The notes under the pieces are model-generated. The model had not been told where the DNA came from and searched no databases. It saw nothing but the letters and a program-made list of their open reading frames with translations. Below, piece by piece: positions 11,487 through 21,509 of a stretch of DNA of 64,000 nucleotides. The stretch is from positions 11,479 through 75,478 of the forward strand of contig CACGLE010000001.1 of the NCBI GenBank assembly GCA_902573725.1, in the 5' to 3' direction. Made by a program: the position numbers and the translations under genes. Numbering within the stretch: position 1 is the first letter of the stretch; each line of letters starts with the position of its first letter. Source of the DNA: an uncultured SAR116 cluster alpha proteobacterium. Its GTDB lineage: Bacteria > Pseudomonadota > Alphaproteobacteria > Puniceispirillales > Puniceispirillaceae.

Positions 11487-13922
11487 ATGAGAACACATGC
11501 GCGAGTTGTTGTGATAGGTGGTGGTGTAGTTGGAGTAAGCACTTTATATCATCTTGCGAAAAAAGGATGGAGCGATTGTGTATTAGTTGAACGCAAAGAG
11601 CTTACTTCTGGTTCAACGTGGCATGCAGCAGGTTTGCTGCCTTTATTTAACATGTCATATTCTGTCGGTCAGCTGCATAAATATGCACTTGAACTTTATA
11701 AAAATTTAGAAGAAGAAACTGGCTTAAATCCAGGGTTGTCACAAGTTTCAAATATTAGACTTGCTGATAATCAAGATAGAATGGATGAATATATGCAATA
11801 TCGCGGTGTTGCGAGTACAATTGGTGTCGATGTTGAAGTATTGACACCAGAAGAAGTAATTGAAATTTGGCCGTTAGCAGTTAAAGATGGACTGATTGGT
11901 GCCATCCGTAACCCAGGAGATGGTTATATTCAGCCAGCAGATCTTACCCAGGCATTAGCGAAGGGTGCAAGAGATTTGGGTGCAGAGATAAATCGCAATA
12001 CAACAGTATTATCTATTTCAAGAACAGTTTCTGGTGAATGGCGTCTAAAGACAGATAAGGGAGAAATAATTGCAGAACATATTGTTTCCGCAACTGGTAA
12101 TTTTGCCCGTAAAACAGGTGCGATGGTTGGTCTTGATATTCCTGTTATACCAGTAGAACATCAATACATAGTAACTGAGCCACATCCAGCAATACTGGAG
12201 AGACAGGCTAAGGGAATGCCTGAAATGGGCGTGCTTCGAGAGTCAGATGGCTCTTGGTATATGAGAGAAGAAAATGGTGGACTAATCCTTGGTCCGTATG
12301 AGATTGGTGCGCCAGTTTGTTATCCTAATGGTCCGAGCGATAATAGCGAATATGAGTTATTCCAGGAAGATCTTGAGAGATTGACGCCGCATATAGAGTC
12401 AGCAATTCGGCGTGTTCCTGCCTTTGGAGAGGTTGGTGTAAAAAAAGTTTATAATGGGGCGATTGCATATACACCAGATGGAAGTCCTATTGTAGGACCC
12501 GCTTGGGATATCCCTAATTTCTGGCTAAGCGAAGGGCATAGTTTTGGTATTACAGCAGCTGGAGGTGCTGGTTTTCAGCTAGCAGAATGGATAGTAGAAG
12601 GGGAACCTACCATAGACATGAATGGTGTTGAGCCACGAAGATTTGGAGATTACGCAACTAAAAGTTATCTTACTGTAAAAAATGAAGAAGCCTATTCACA
12701 TGTGTTTGTAACGCATTTCCCAGATGAAGAACGACCTGCAGGTAGGCCGCTTCGGACTACTCCATGTTATGAAAGACTGAAAGCAAAAGGTGCTGTTTTT
12801 GGTCAGAAGTTTGGATGGGAGCGTGCTAATTGGTTTGCTCCAGAGGGAATTTCCCAAGAAGATGATTGGTCCTTTAGACGTTCTAAATGGTTTGAACATG
12901 TAGGGAATGAAGTTATACATGTGACAGAAAACGTTGGCGTGCTTGATATGTCTGCATTTGGTAAATGTCGTATTTCTGGCTCTGGTGCTGAGGTATTTCT
13001 TAACAAAATGATTGCTAATAAACTTCCAAAAAATAATGGTCGAATAATTCTAGCACATTCCCTATCCAAAGGGGGAGGGGTGCATTCAGAGTTTACTATT
13101 ATGAAAGAAAAAGATGATAGTTTTTATATGGTTTCAGCAGGTGCATCTCAGAGACTGGACCATGATTGGCTTAAAAAAAGAATGCCAATTGATGGAACCG
13201 TTCAATTTACTGATCTTACAAATAGTATGGGTGTGTTGGTGGTCTCTGGGCCTAAATCCCGAGCACTGTTACAGAGGGTTACAGAAACTAATATGTCAAA
13301 TGATGTATTTAAATGGCTCACCGCAAAGAAGATCGATATAGGATATGCACCTGCAATTGCAGCTAGGGTAAATTTTGTGGGCGAATTGGGTTGGGAATTG
13401 CATCATCCGATAGAGTATCAAAACCATATTTTTGATATTTTGTTTTCTGAAGGGGAGGATTTAAACTTGAGGCCGTTTGGTATCAGGGCAATGGATATGA
13501 TGCGGCTAGAAAAATCTTATCGTATGGTAGGTACCGAAATGAGCATTGAATATTCTGCTTACGAGTCTGGTCTTGGTAAATTTATTGACCTTCAAAAAAA
13601 TGATTTTATTGGTCGTGATGGTTTAATTTCACACAAGGAAAAAGGATACCAAAATCAATTTGTGACTCTTCATGTTAAGGATACGGAGGATGCAGATGCT
13701 ATAGGTGGTAATCCTATTTATAATAACGGAAAGCTAATTGGTCGTGCTACATCTGGTGGATATGGATTTAGAGTGGGGTTTTCTATTGCCTTAGCAATGA
13801 TTCACCCAGATTACGCTAACATTGGAACTAACTTAGAAATTGATATCTTAGGTAAAAACTATTTGGCAGAGGTAATTGAAGAGAGTCCATTTGATCCAAA
13901 AAATGCTAGACTAAGAGCCTAA
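11487..13922 (+). CDS. Dimethylglycine/sarcosine dehydrogenase-family flavoenzyme (FAD domain plus GcvT-like folate domain)
   Basis: It has an N-terminal Rossmann motif (VVVIGGGVVGVSTLYHLAKKG) and GSTWHAAG, the covalent-FAD His context. The C-terminal half is aminomethyltransferase-like. Total length is 811 aa. Confidence 0.85.
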   Translation: MRTHARVVVIGGGVVGVSTLYHLAKKGWSDCVLVERKELTSGSTWHAAGLLPLFNMSYSVGQLHKYALELYKNLEEETGLNPGLSQVSNIRLADNQDRMDEYMQYRGVASTIGVDVEVLTPEEVIEIWPLAVKDGLIGAIRNPGDGYIQPADLTQALAKGARDLGAEINRNTTVLSISRTVSGEWRLKTDKGEIIAEHIVSATGNFARKTGAMVGLDIPVIPVEHQYIVTEPHPAILERQAKGMPEMGVLRESDGSWYMREENGGLILGPYEIGAPVCYPNGPSDNSEYELFQEDLERLTPHIESAIRRVPAFGEVGVKKVYNGAIAYTPDGSPIVGPAWDIPNFWLSEGHSFGITAAGGAGFQLAEWIVEGEPTIDMNGVEPRRFGDYATKSYLTVKNEEAYSHVFVTHFPDEERPAGRPLRTTPCYERLKAKGAVFGQKFGWERANWFAPEGISQEDDWSFRRSKWFEHVGNEVIHVTENVGVLDMSAFGKCRISGSGAEVFLNKMIANKLPKNNGRIILAHSLSKGGGVHSEFTIMKEKDDSFYMVSAGASQRLDHDWLKKRMPIDGTVQFTDLTNSMGVLVVSGPKSRALLQRVTETNMSNDVFKWLTAKKIDIGYAPAIAARVNFVGELGWELHHPIEYQNHIFDILFSEGEDLNLRPFGIRAMDMMRLEKSYRMVGTEMSIEYSAYESGLGKFIDLQKNDFIGRDGLISHKEKGYQNQFVTLHVKDTEDADAIGGNPIYNNGKLIGRATSGGYGFRVGFSIALAMIHPDYANIGTNLEIDILGKNYLAEVIEESPFDPKNARLRA

Positions 13923-13937
13923 AAATAGGAAAATTTT

Positions 13938-15485
13938 ATGACAAAAAATGAAAGTGATAAACGTATCAGGCGAAGTGGAGGCCGTACGGCAAGGAGAATG
14001 GCTCGTGGGGCCAGTCAGCAAGAAATTCAGGCTTATATTACGCGTAAAATTCCCCCAATTGATGTTTTGCACAATGAAGCAGCAGAGCTAATAGAAGCAA
14101 ATGCAGATTTGGTATTAAATGAAATAGGTATTGAATTTCGTGATGATCAGGAGGTTTTGAATTTACTCCGAGATGCCGGTTGTGATGTTGATGGCACTCG
14201 TGTAAGATTTCCAAAGGGACTAGCCCGCAAATTAGCTTCAACGGCACCATCTCAATTTACCCAATTTGCAAGAAACCCCTCAAAATCTGTTGTAATAGGT
14301 GGAGATAAAATTGTTTTTGCGCCAGTCTATGGCCCACCTTTTATACGTGGTCTTGATGGAGAGAGAAGATATGCAGAAATAGATGATTTCATAAATATGG
14401 TAAAATTAGTCTATATGTTGCCGGGACTCCATCATTCTGGTGGCACCCTTTGCGAACCAGTTGATTTGCCTGTAACGAAGCGTCACTTAGAAATGATTTA
14501 TGCGCATATTAGGTATTCAGATAAGCCTTTTATGGGTTCTGTTACTGCACCATCTAGAGCCGAAGACAGTGTGGAGATGGCTCGGTTAGTATTTGGGGAT
14601 GAATTTGTAAAGAATAATTGTGTTTTAGTATCTCTGATAAATGCAAACTCTCCTATGACATGGGATGATACTATGCTAGGCGCGCTGAAAGTCTATGCCC
14701 GAGCAGGACAAGCTTGTATTGTATCACCTTTTATTTTAGCTGGAGCCATGTCACCTGTTTCTGTTGCTGGCACTCTCACGCAGATCTTAGCAGAAGCCAT
14801 GTCTGGAATAGCCTTAACACAAATTATAAATCCAGGTGTGCCAGTAATATTTGGAAGTTTTGCAAGCTCTATATCTATGCAGACAGGTGCACCAACTTTT
14901 GGTACTCCAGAACCAGCGAAAGTATTATATGGATGTGCAAAACTTGCTCGGAGACTTGGTGTGCCATTTAGGTCCGGAGGCTCGCTCACAGCGGCTAAGT
15001 CAGCCGATGCTCAGGCAGCATACGAATCAGCACATACCATCCTACCTACTGTAATGGGGGGTGTAAATTTTGCATTGCATTCAGCGGGGTGGCTTGAGGG
15101 AGGTTTAGTTTCTGATGTTGCCAAACTGGTTTTAGATGCAGACCAATTAACGATGATGGGAAGTCTTGTTTCAGAAATTGATATCTCTGAGAACGGTATG
15201 GCACTTGATGCGATTAAGCAGGTTGGACCAGGACAACATTTTCTTGGTTCTGAACATACACAATCAAATTTTGAAACAGCATTTTGGCGTTCTTCAATTG
15301 CAGACAATACAACTTATGAGCAATGGTCCTCCGAAGGTTCACAAGAGGCAGTATCAAGAGCAAGGTTGCGAGCAAAGCAAATGCTTGATGCGTATCAGGC
15401 GCCAGAAATTGATATAGCAATAGATGATGAGCTAAGAGCTTTTATTAAGAAGAGAAAGAAGGCCTTGCCGGACTCAGATTATTAA
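13938..15485 (+). CDS. MttB-superfamily (trimethylamine methyltransferase-like) protein, non-pyrrolysine
   Basis: It is an uninterrupted 515-aa ORF with the typical MttB-family length and N-terminus and no in-frame TAG. It lies 15 nt downstream of the dehydrogenase gene and has its own AGGA ribosome-binding site. Confidence 0.8.
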   Translation: MTKNESDKRIRRSGGRTARRMARGASQQEIQAYITRKIPPIDVLHNEAAELIEANADLVLNEIGIEFRDDQEVLNLLRDAGCDVDGTRVRFPKGLARKLASTAPSQFTQFARNPSKSVVIGGDKIVFAPVYGPPFIRGLDGERRYAEIDDFINMVKLVYMLPGLHHSGGTLCEPVDLPVTKRHLEMIYAHIRYSDKPFMGSVTAPSRAEDSVEMARLVFGDEFVKNNCVLVSLINANSPMTWDDTMLGALKVYARAGQACIVSPFILAGAMSPVSVAGTLTQILAEAMSGIALTQIINPGVPVIFGSFASSISMQTGAPTFGTPEPAKVLYGCAKLARRLGVPFRSGGSLTAAKSADAQAAYESAHTILPTVMGGVNFALHSAGWLEGGLVSDVAKLVLDADQLTMMGSLVSEIDISENGMALDAIKQVGPGQHFLGSEHTQSNFETAFWRSSIADNTTYEQWSSEGSQEAVSRARLRAKQMLDAYQAPEIDIAIDDELRAFIKKRKKALPDSDY

Positions 15486-15494
15486 CCTAATTAA

Positions 15495-16112
15495 TCAAAT
15501 ACCATCACTTACAAATATACCATATTCATAGCTAGCATCTATGAACCAATCCAAAATATACTCCGCAAAGCTAGTTCTACAGACACAAATAAATTCATTT
15601 TCTTCTAAGCATACTAAAACAATATTTGCGAGTGCTAGGTCGCATTGTGCAGCCTTACTTTTGTAAAAGCTATCAGGATGCAAATCTATAGAGCACCCTT
15701 TAGATAGAAGATCTCGAACCTTGGGCCCAGAAACTTGAATAGCACAAAGAGCATCAGACACATTTATAACTGATATATGTTCTGAAATATCACTAGAATT
15801 TAAAGTTTTTTCTAGTTGGTTCTCACTTCCTGGCTCAGCCAAAATTAAATATTCATCTGGTCCAAGACTGATCGCAAAACGACCTGCCTTGCTATTTATT
15901 TGGTTAATTTGTATTGGAAGATTACAATGGATTAGCTTACCTAATGCATCTCTATTTTTTTTACCACAACGAACATTAAGTTTCCCCAAATGTTTTATTT
16001 CAGATAACTCAATTAATGGAGCCTTTAATGACTCAGGCTTTCTTAATATAGGTAATTTTTTGTCATTGAATGCAGAATAACCAACAACTATTCTGGATAT
16101 TGTGTCAACCAC
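15495..16112 (-). CDS. soxG: Sarcosine oxidase gamma subunit
   Basis: It is the last gene of soxB-D-A-G. The GTG at 16112 is preceded by AAGGAG at about 9 nt and overlaps the soxA stop by 8 nt. The ORF track extends to a TTG at 16154 that lacks a ribosome-binding site. Confidence 0.75.
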   Translation of the reverse strand: MVDTISRIVVGYSAFNDKKLPILRKPESLKAPLIELSEIKHLGKLNVRCGKKNRDALGKLIHCNLPIQINQINSKAGRFAISLGPDEYLILAEPGSENQLEKTLNSSDISEHISVINVSDALCAIQVSGPKVRDLLSKGCSIDLHPDSFYKSKAAQCDLALANIVLVCLEENEFICVCRTSFAEYILDWFIDASYEYGIFVSDGI

Positions 16113-19100
16113 GTAATCTTTCTCCTTTTTTATCGAAAAATACTGGGTCGACAATCTTTGCTTCTATTGGTTGTTGTCCATCAAGCATAGGTATGTACAC
16201 GGTCTGACCCTTTCTATTTAGGCCACCTTTGAGGAGAGCCAATGCGATTGAGTGTTTGAGATTTGGTGAATAATATGATGAAGATATATGCCCCAACATT
16301 TCCATAGGCATTTCCTGGTTTGGATCTAAAACAGCATGTGCGCCTTCTGGAATTACTTTTGAAGGGTCTGCAGTAAGTAAACCTACTAATTGTTTTCTTT
16401 GAGGTTCATTCATTGATTTGCGTTCTAATGCACGCTTCCCAATAAAATCTGATTTTTTGTTGGAAACAATCCAACCCATGTCCAGATCATAGGGTGTAAC
16501 AGTGCCATCAGTTTCCTGACCTACAATAATAAACCCTTTTTCTGCTCTGAGTACATGCATTGCCTCAGTTCCATAAGCGGTTAGATTAAATTCTTTTCCA
16601 ATCTTCATTAAATGTGACCATAAGGCAGCTCCATATCTTGCAGGAACGTTTATTTCAAATGCCATTTCACCTGTAAATGATATTCTGAAAATACGAGCGG
16701 GTATTCCTGCAATAAAACTGTTTTTCATTGTCATAAAAGGGAAATCATCTGTTATATTCTTATTTTCACTCATGCAAGCAGTGAGAATTGAACGTGAGTT
16801 TGGTCCAGATAGTGAGGCAACAGACCATTGTTCTGTAACAGAAGTTAGAAAAACTCTTAAATCTAGCCATTCTGTCTGCAGAAGTTCTTCAAGCCAGGCC
16901 AGCACTCCAGCGGCACCACCTGAAGTTGTTGTCATATAAAAATGATCCTCTGCTAGACGTGTAGTAACTCCATCATCAAACACCATACCATCTTCTTTTA
17001 ACATGAGACCATATTTAGCCTTACCTATTGGCAGATTGGCAAAGTTATTTGTGTAAACTCTGTTTAAAAATTCTGCAGAGTCAGGTCCTTTCACCTCAAT
17101 TTTTCCAAGTGTTGACGCGTCGAGTAGCCCTGCAAAATGTCTTGTTGCGTATACTTCACGATCCACAGCCTGTTGAAAACTCTCTCCATCTCTCGGGTAA
17201 TACCAAGCACGCATCCATTGTCCAACATGTTCAAATTTTGCCCCATTAGACTGGTGCCAACTATGCATTCTAGTTTTTCGAACCGGGTCAAATAAACTAC
17301 CAATATTCCGGCCTGCAATTGCACCAAGGTTTAGTGGGGTATAAGGTGGTCGAAAAGTAGTTACACCAGTTTCGGCAATAGACTTATTGAGATTACTTGC
17401 AAGGATACCAATGGCATTAATGTTAGAGGTCTTGCCTTGGTCTGTTGCCATGCCTGTTGTGGTGTATCTTTTTACATGTTCAACAGAAGAATACCCCTCT
17501 CTGACTGCAAGTTTTATGTCCGCGGCAGTAGAGTCATTTTGAAAATCAACAAACGCGGTTTTGTCAGAAACATGTGGTTGACCTGTTTGTATTAGCCATG
17601 TAGGAAGCGGAGTCCAATTTTGTTTATCTTTTTCTATTTGTGGAACTGTTACTGGTTCTTTTGTTTTAATTTTATTATTTTCTTTTGCAAGTTTCATTAT
17701 TGTTGTTGATGCTATTTTTGTTGCTTCAAAAAAAATTCTTTCGATCTCAAAAGTTCCATTAGCAGCGCCAACTGAAACCCATTCATCAGATTTATTATCG
17801 GGTCTATAACATGAGGTTCTCTCATCCCAGACAAGTTTCCCCTTACGCTGAGAATGCAAATGTACAACTGGGTTTAAACCGCCTGACATCGCTAGAAGAT
17901 TGCAATCCATGTGAAGGATGCTTGATGTTGGTGCCTGTTTACCGCTATCATACTTAGCTATGTCAACAGAGGCTATATGGCGTAAGCCATGAGCGGCTAA
18001 AACGGCATGACCTGTGAGTATATTAATCCCGATTTTACGGACTGTTGTAATAATCCGCGATTTTGGATTGACTCTTAAATCTACGATACATCTTACAAAT
18101 CCACCTGCGTTATGAATAGCAAGTGCAGTAAAATATGCATCATCATTATTAGTGAAAATAATTGCCCTTCTGCCAGAGAGTACTTCATATCTATTTATAT
18201 AAGTTCGAATTGCAGCAGAGAGCATAATCCCTGGAAGGTCATTTCCTGAAAAAACAAGAGGACGTTCTATTGCGCCTGTTGCTAAAATAATTTTTGATGC
18301 TCTCACCTTCCATAAGCGCTGTTTTGGGAGAAGAATATCTTTTTTACTTAAATGCTCTGTAACTCGTTCAGCCATAATAATAAAATTATCATCCATCATA
18401 GAAGATACTGTAGTTCTGCTTAAACAAGTAACATTTGGTGCTGATTGCAGGTTTTTGACAGTTGCATGTGTCCAACTGGCAGCTGGTATCTGGTTTATGT
18501 TAAAATTATTGTCTGTAAGAAGCCAGCCACCAAATCTATGTTGCTCATCAGCGATAATAACCCTAGCTCCTGATTTTGCTGCTATTATAGCTGTTTGAAG
18601 GCCAGCCGCACCGCCACCAACTACTAATAAATCGCAATGAGCATATTTATGCTCATATCTTTCAGACTCGTAACATTTTTTGGATACTTTACCCAGACCA
18701 GCAGCTTTGCGAATTAATGCTTCATAAAACATCCAAAAGGAAGTTGGCCACATAAAGGTTTTGTAATAAAAGCCAGCTGGAAAAAATCTTCTTAATACAT
18801 TGTTTATCGATAACAAGTCAATTTTTAGGCTTGGAAATCGATTTTGAGATTCAGCAATTAGACCATCATATATTTCTATTTGAGTTGCTCTTAAGTTGGG
18901 TTCTGAAGATTTATCACTAATAAGTCTAACAAGGGCATTTGGCTCTTCGCTACCACTACCAAATATGCCGCGTGGTCGATGATATTTAAAAGATCTCCCA
19001 ACAAGATGTACTCCATGGGCAAGTAAAGCTGATGCGAGGGTGTCTCCCTCATAACCTGTGTATTTTTTTTGGTCAAATTTAAAGTGAACGATTTTTTGCC

Positions 19101-19152
19101 TATTAATTGCTGCACTATTAGAGCTTATTCTGTGGCTTTGTGTGCGGTTCAT
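16105..19152 (-). CDS. soxA: Sarcosine oxidase alpha subunit
   Basis: It is 1015 aa with the dinucleotide motif LLVVGGGAAGLQTAI and a C-terminal GcvT-like folate-binding domain. An ATGA overlap links it to soxD. Confidence 0.9.
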   Translation of the reverse strand: MNRTQSHRISSNSAAINRQKIVHFKFDQKKYTGYEGDTLASALLAHGVHLVGRSFKYHRPRGIFGSGSEEPNALVRLISDKSSEPNLRATQIEIYDGLIAESQNRFPSLKIDLLSINNVLRRFFPAGFYYKTFMWPTSFWMFYEALIRKAAGLGKVSKKCYESERYEHKYAHCDLLVVGGGAAGLQTAIIAAKSGARVIIADEQHRFGGWLLTDNNFNINQIPAASWTHATVKNLQSAPNVTCLSRTTVSSMMDDNFIIMAERVTEHLSKKDILLPKQRLWKVRASKIILATGAIERPLVFSGNDLPGIMLSAAIRTYINRYEVLSGRRAIIFTNNDDAYFTALAIHNAGGFVRCIVDLRVNPKSRIITTVRKIGINILTGHAVLAAHGLRHIASVDIAKYDSGKQAPTSSILHMDCNLLAMSGGLNPVVHLHSQRKGKLVWDERTSCYRPDNKSDEWVSVGAANGTFEIERIFFEATKIASTTIMKLAKENNKIKTKEPVTVPQIEKDKQNWTPLPTWLIQTGQPHVSDKTAFVDFQNDSTAADIKLAVREGYSSVEHVKRYTTTGMATDQGKTSNINAIGILASNLNKSIAETGVTTFRPPYTPLNLGAIAGRNIGSLFDPVRKTRMHSWHQSNGAKFEHVGQWMRAWYYPRDGESFQQAVDREVYATRHFAGLLDASTLGKIEVKGPDSAEFLNRVYTNNFANLPIGKAKYGLMLKEDGMVFDDGVTTRLAEDHFYMTTTSGGAAGVLAWLEELLQTEWLDLRVFLTSVTEQWSVASLSGPNSRSILTACMSENKNITDDFPFMTMKNSFIAGIPARIFRISFTGEMAFEINVPARYGAALWSHLMKIGKEFNLTAYGTEAMHVLRAEKGFIIVGQETDGTVTPYDLDMGWIVSNKKSDFIGKRALERKSMNEPQRKQLVGLLTADPSKVIPEGAHAVLDPNQEMPMEMLGHISSSYYSPNLKHSIALALLKGGLNRKGQTVYIPMLDGQQPIEAKIVDPVFFDKKGERLRG

Positions 19153-19508
19153 TTCTTTGTCCTTTTTGCAGGCTTACTAACAGCTTCAGATTTACATTTA
19201 CGTCTCCAATTAGACTGATAGGCTTTTTTCCCTTTTACCGTTTTTGGCAATAGTCCCATTGGGTAAATCTCTATTATTTCGTGAGAAACTGTATCCCTTG
19301 CCAAATTAAACCAGCGACGGCATCCACTTGTATGGCACCACCGCTCGAGAAACACACCTTTTGGATTATATTTCATAAAAAGATATTCGCTAAAAATCTT
19401 ATCTGTTAGTTTCCGATCAGTGGTTGGACGCACAATGTGAGCCTCGCCGCCACAGCTAAATTCAGATTCATCCCTAACACCACAAAAAGGACATTTAATT
19501 TTCAACAT
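19149..19508 (-). CDS. soxD: Sarcosine oxidase delta subunit
   Basis: It has the zinc-ribbon-like N-terminus MLKIKCPFCGVRDESEFSCGGEAH. It is a small protein positioned between soxB and soxA. Confidence 0.85.
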   Translation of the reverse strand: MLKIKCPFCGVRDESEFSCGGEAHIVRPTTDRKLTDKIFSEYLFMKYNPKGVFLERWCHTSGCRRWFNLARDTVSHEIIEIYPMGLLPKTVKGKKAYQSNWRRKCKSEAVSKPAKRTKK

Positions 19509-19562
19509 TAAAAATCTCCATATTGAAGGATATTTGATTCAAATTGAAAATTGATAAAGAAT

Positions 19563-20861
19563 TTAATGTGCAACACCAGCAGCTCCATGCTCATCAATCA
19601 AATATCCCGTTTCAAACCTTTTGAGACCAAAAGGCAGTGCAATAGGATTTGGTCTGTCATTAGCAATTAGATCTGCAAAAACATGACCAGAGCCTGGAGT
19701 CGCTTTAAAGCCACCAGTTCCCCAACCACAATTGAAATAAAGTCCTTTTATATCTGTTCTTGATATAATTGGCGACGCATCAGGACAGGTGTCTACGATG
19801 CCCCCCCATTGGCGTAACATTCTCAGCTGAGATAAGAAAGGAAATAAATCTATTGCTGCTGCAACCATATGTTCAGGTATTGTCCATGAACCAGTTTGTG
19901 CATATGAGTTATACTTATCAACACCAGCGCCAAGTACCATTTCACCTTTGTCTGATTGGCTTATATACATATGAACTGCATTAGACATAATAACCGTATC
20001 CAAAATTGGCTTTATAGGTTCAGACACAATAGCTTGTAATGGCCTGCTTGTGATTGGAAGTCTAATATTTGCCATATCCGCAAGAATACTTGAATGCCCG
20101 GCAACAACACAGCCAACTTTCGAAGTCTTAACAAAGCCCTTTGTCGTTTGAATGCCTATAATTTGGTTTCCATTGCGTCTTAAACCAGTAACCTCACAAT
20201 TTTGAATTATATCGACACCAAGCTCATCTGCCGCACGTGCATATCCCCAAGCCACAGCATCATGGCGAGCCGTACCCGCACGTTTCTGGAGAAACCCGCC
20301 CATAACAGGATAGCGGATATTTGGATCTATATTAATTGTGGGCACTAATTTTTTAATTTCTGAAGGTGATAGAATATCAGAATCAATACCGTTTAACCTG
20401 ATAGCATGTACCCTACGTGACATACCTTTTAGCTCATGTTCAGAGTGACTTATTGTGAGAACTCCGCGTTGACTAAACATTACGTTGAAATTCAGATCTT
20501 GTGACAATCCTTCCCATAATTTTAAGGCATGTTCATAAATAGCGGCAGATTCATCCCACATATAATTAGAGCGAATAATAGTAGTATTTCTGCCTGTATT
20601 TCCGCCACCTAGCCATCCTTTTTCAATTACGGCGATATTTGTCATGCCATGAACATTAGCTAGATAATACGCTGTGGCAAGACCGTGTCCACCCCCGCCA
20701 ATTATAACGGCGTCATAGGTTGATTTTGGTTCAGCATGACGCCAAGCCTGTTGCCATTTCTGGTGATAGCTAGCAGCATTTTTAGCAATAGAAAAGATAG
20801 AATATCGTTTTGATTTTCTGGCAAACGCTCTGGTTCCTCTATCTATATTTTGTTTAGCCAT
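19563..20861 (-). CDS. soxB: Sarcosine oxidase beta subunit
   Basis: It has the FAD motif DAVIIGGGGHGLATAYYLA, is 432 aa, and is the first gene of the sox operon. Confidence 0.9.
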   Translation of the reverse strand: MAKQNIDRGTRAFARKSKRYSIFSIAKNAASYHQKWQQAWRHAEPKSTYDAVIIGGGGHGLATAYYLANVHGMTNIAVIEKGWLGGGNTGRNTTIIRSNYMWDESAAIYEHALKLWEGLSQDLNFNVMFSQRGVLTISHSEHELKGMSRRVHAIRLNGIDSDILSPSEIKKLVPTINIDPNIRYPVMGGFLQKRAGTARHDAVAWGYARAADELGVDIIQNCEVTGLRRNGNQIIGIQTTKGFVKTSKVGCVVAGHSSILADMANIRLPITSRPLQAIVSEPIKPILDTVIMSNAVHMYISQSDKGEMVLGAGVDKYNSYAQTGSWTIPEHMVAAAIDLFPFLSQLRMLRQWGGIVDTCPDASPIISRTDIKGLYFNCGWGTGGFKATPGSGHVFADLIANDRPNPIALPFGLKRFETGYLIDEHGAAGVAH

Positions 20862-21166
20862 TTAATTAATACCCTTTTTAAAAACCAATTCTGACAAAAT
20901 TCTGTATTTATGGATTATCACACATCATTGCTACGGCATAATTGTAGAAGTGATTTTTAAGAAATTCATTTATTAACTTTAATTGGTGTGCCGACAGGTA
21001 AAAAAATATATCGTAATATCGTCTTTACGTAATCTTAATTCGACACAGTGTTGAAATTAATTCTTTTATTATTTAATATTTGAATTTGGAAAAATTTCCT
21101 CTAACTTACATGAATAGTAGTTGTAAAAAATCATGTGTCTTTAGTGGGCAGTTTTAAGGATAAGAT

Positions 21167-21412
21167 ATGAAACAGGGTCTGTTGATTTTTTGTTTTTCAG
21201 TAGTTGGAACTGTTACTGTCTCTATTGGTTTTTATATTTGGCAAATGCTGGGCCCTATTAGCTTATCTATTCACGGCTGGTTTGCAATTATTGTTGGCGT
21301 ATTAAGTTCCTTTCTGCTTGGTGGTGGATTAATGGCACTTAGTTTTTATTCAGCAAAGTCAGGATATGATGCCAAGGTTGCTGAATATGATCCGTTTCAA
21401 TCTTCAAACTAA
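21167..21412 (+). CDS. Hypothetical small membrane protein
   Basis: It is an 81-aa ORF with two or three hydrophobic segments and an AAGGA ribosome-binding site. I recognise no family. Confidence 0.4.
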   Translation: MKQGLLIFCFSVVGTVTVSIGFYIWQMLGPISLSIHGWFAIIVGVLSSFLLGGGLMALSFYSAKSGYDAKVAEYDPFQSSN

Positions 21413-21479
21413 TTTTTAGCAAATTTATTAGATTGTTTTATTGACTCAGTTTACCGAATCATTCAAAACTTTAAGAATA

Positions 21480-21494
21480 GAACAAAACAAGAAC
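21480..21494. promoter_or_regulatory. LexA (SOS) box, alphaproteobacterial type GAAC-N7-GAAC
   Basis: The sequence GAACaaaacaaGAAC is an exact match to the direct-repeat consensus. It ends 15 nt upstream of the imuA ATG. Confidence 0.75.
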
Positions 21495-21509
21495 AAAGTA
21501 GAGTTTTAA

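Noticed and set aside
13938-15485. A pyrrolysine (in-frame UAG) codon in the MttB-family gene.
   Set aside because: The ORF is continuous across its full 515 codons, with no internal TAG. This is a non-Pyl family member.
20862-21166. A glycine or other riboswitch upstream of soxB, and likewise upstream of the DMGDH gene (11286..11486).
   Set aside because: I found no match to the conserved glycine-aptamer cores (GGAGAG...ACCGAAGG-type segments) on the relevant strand. The regions are simple AT-rich spacers.
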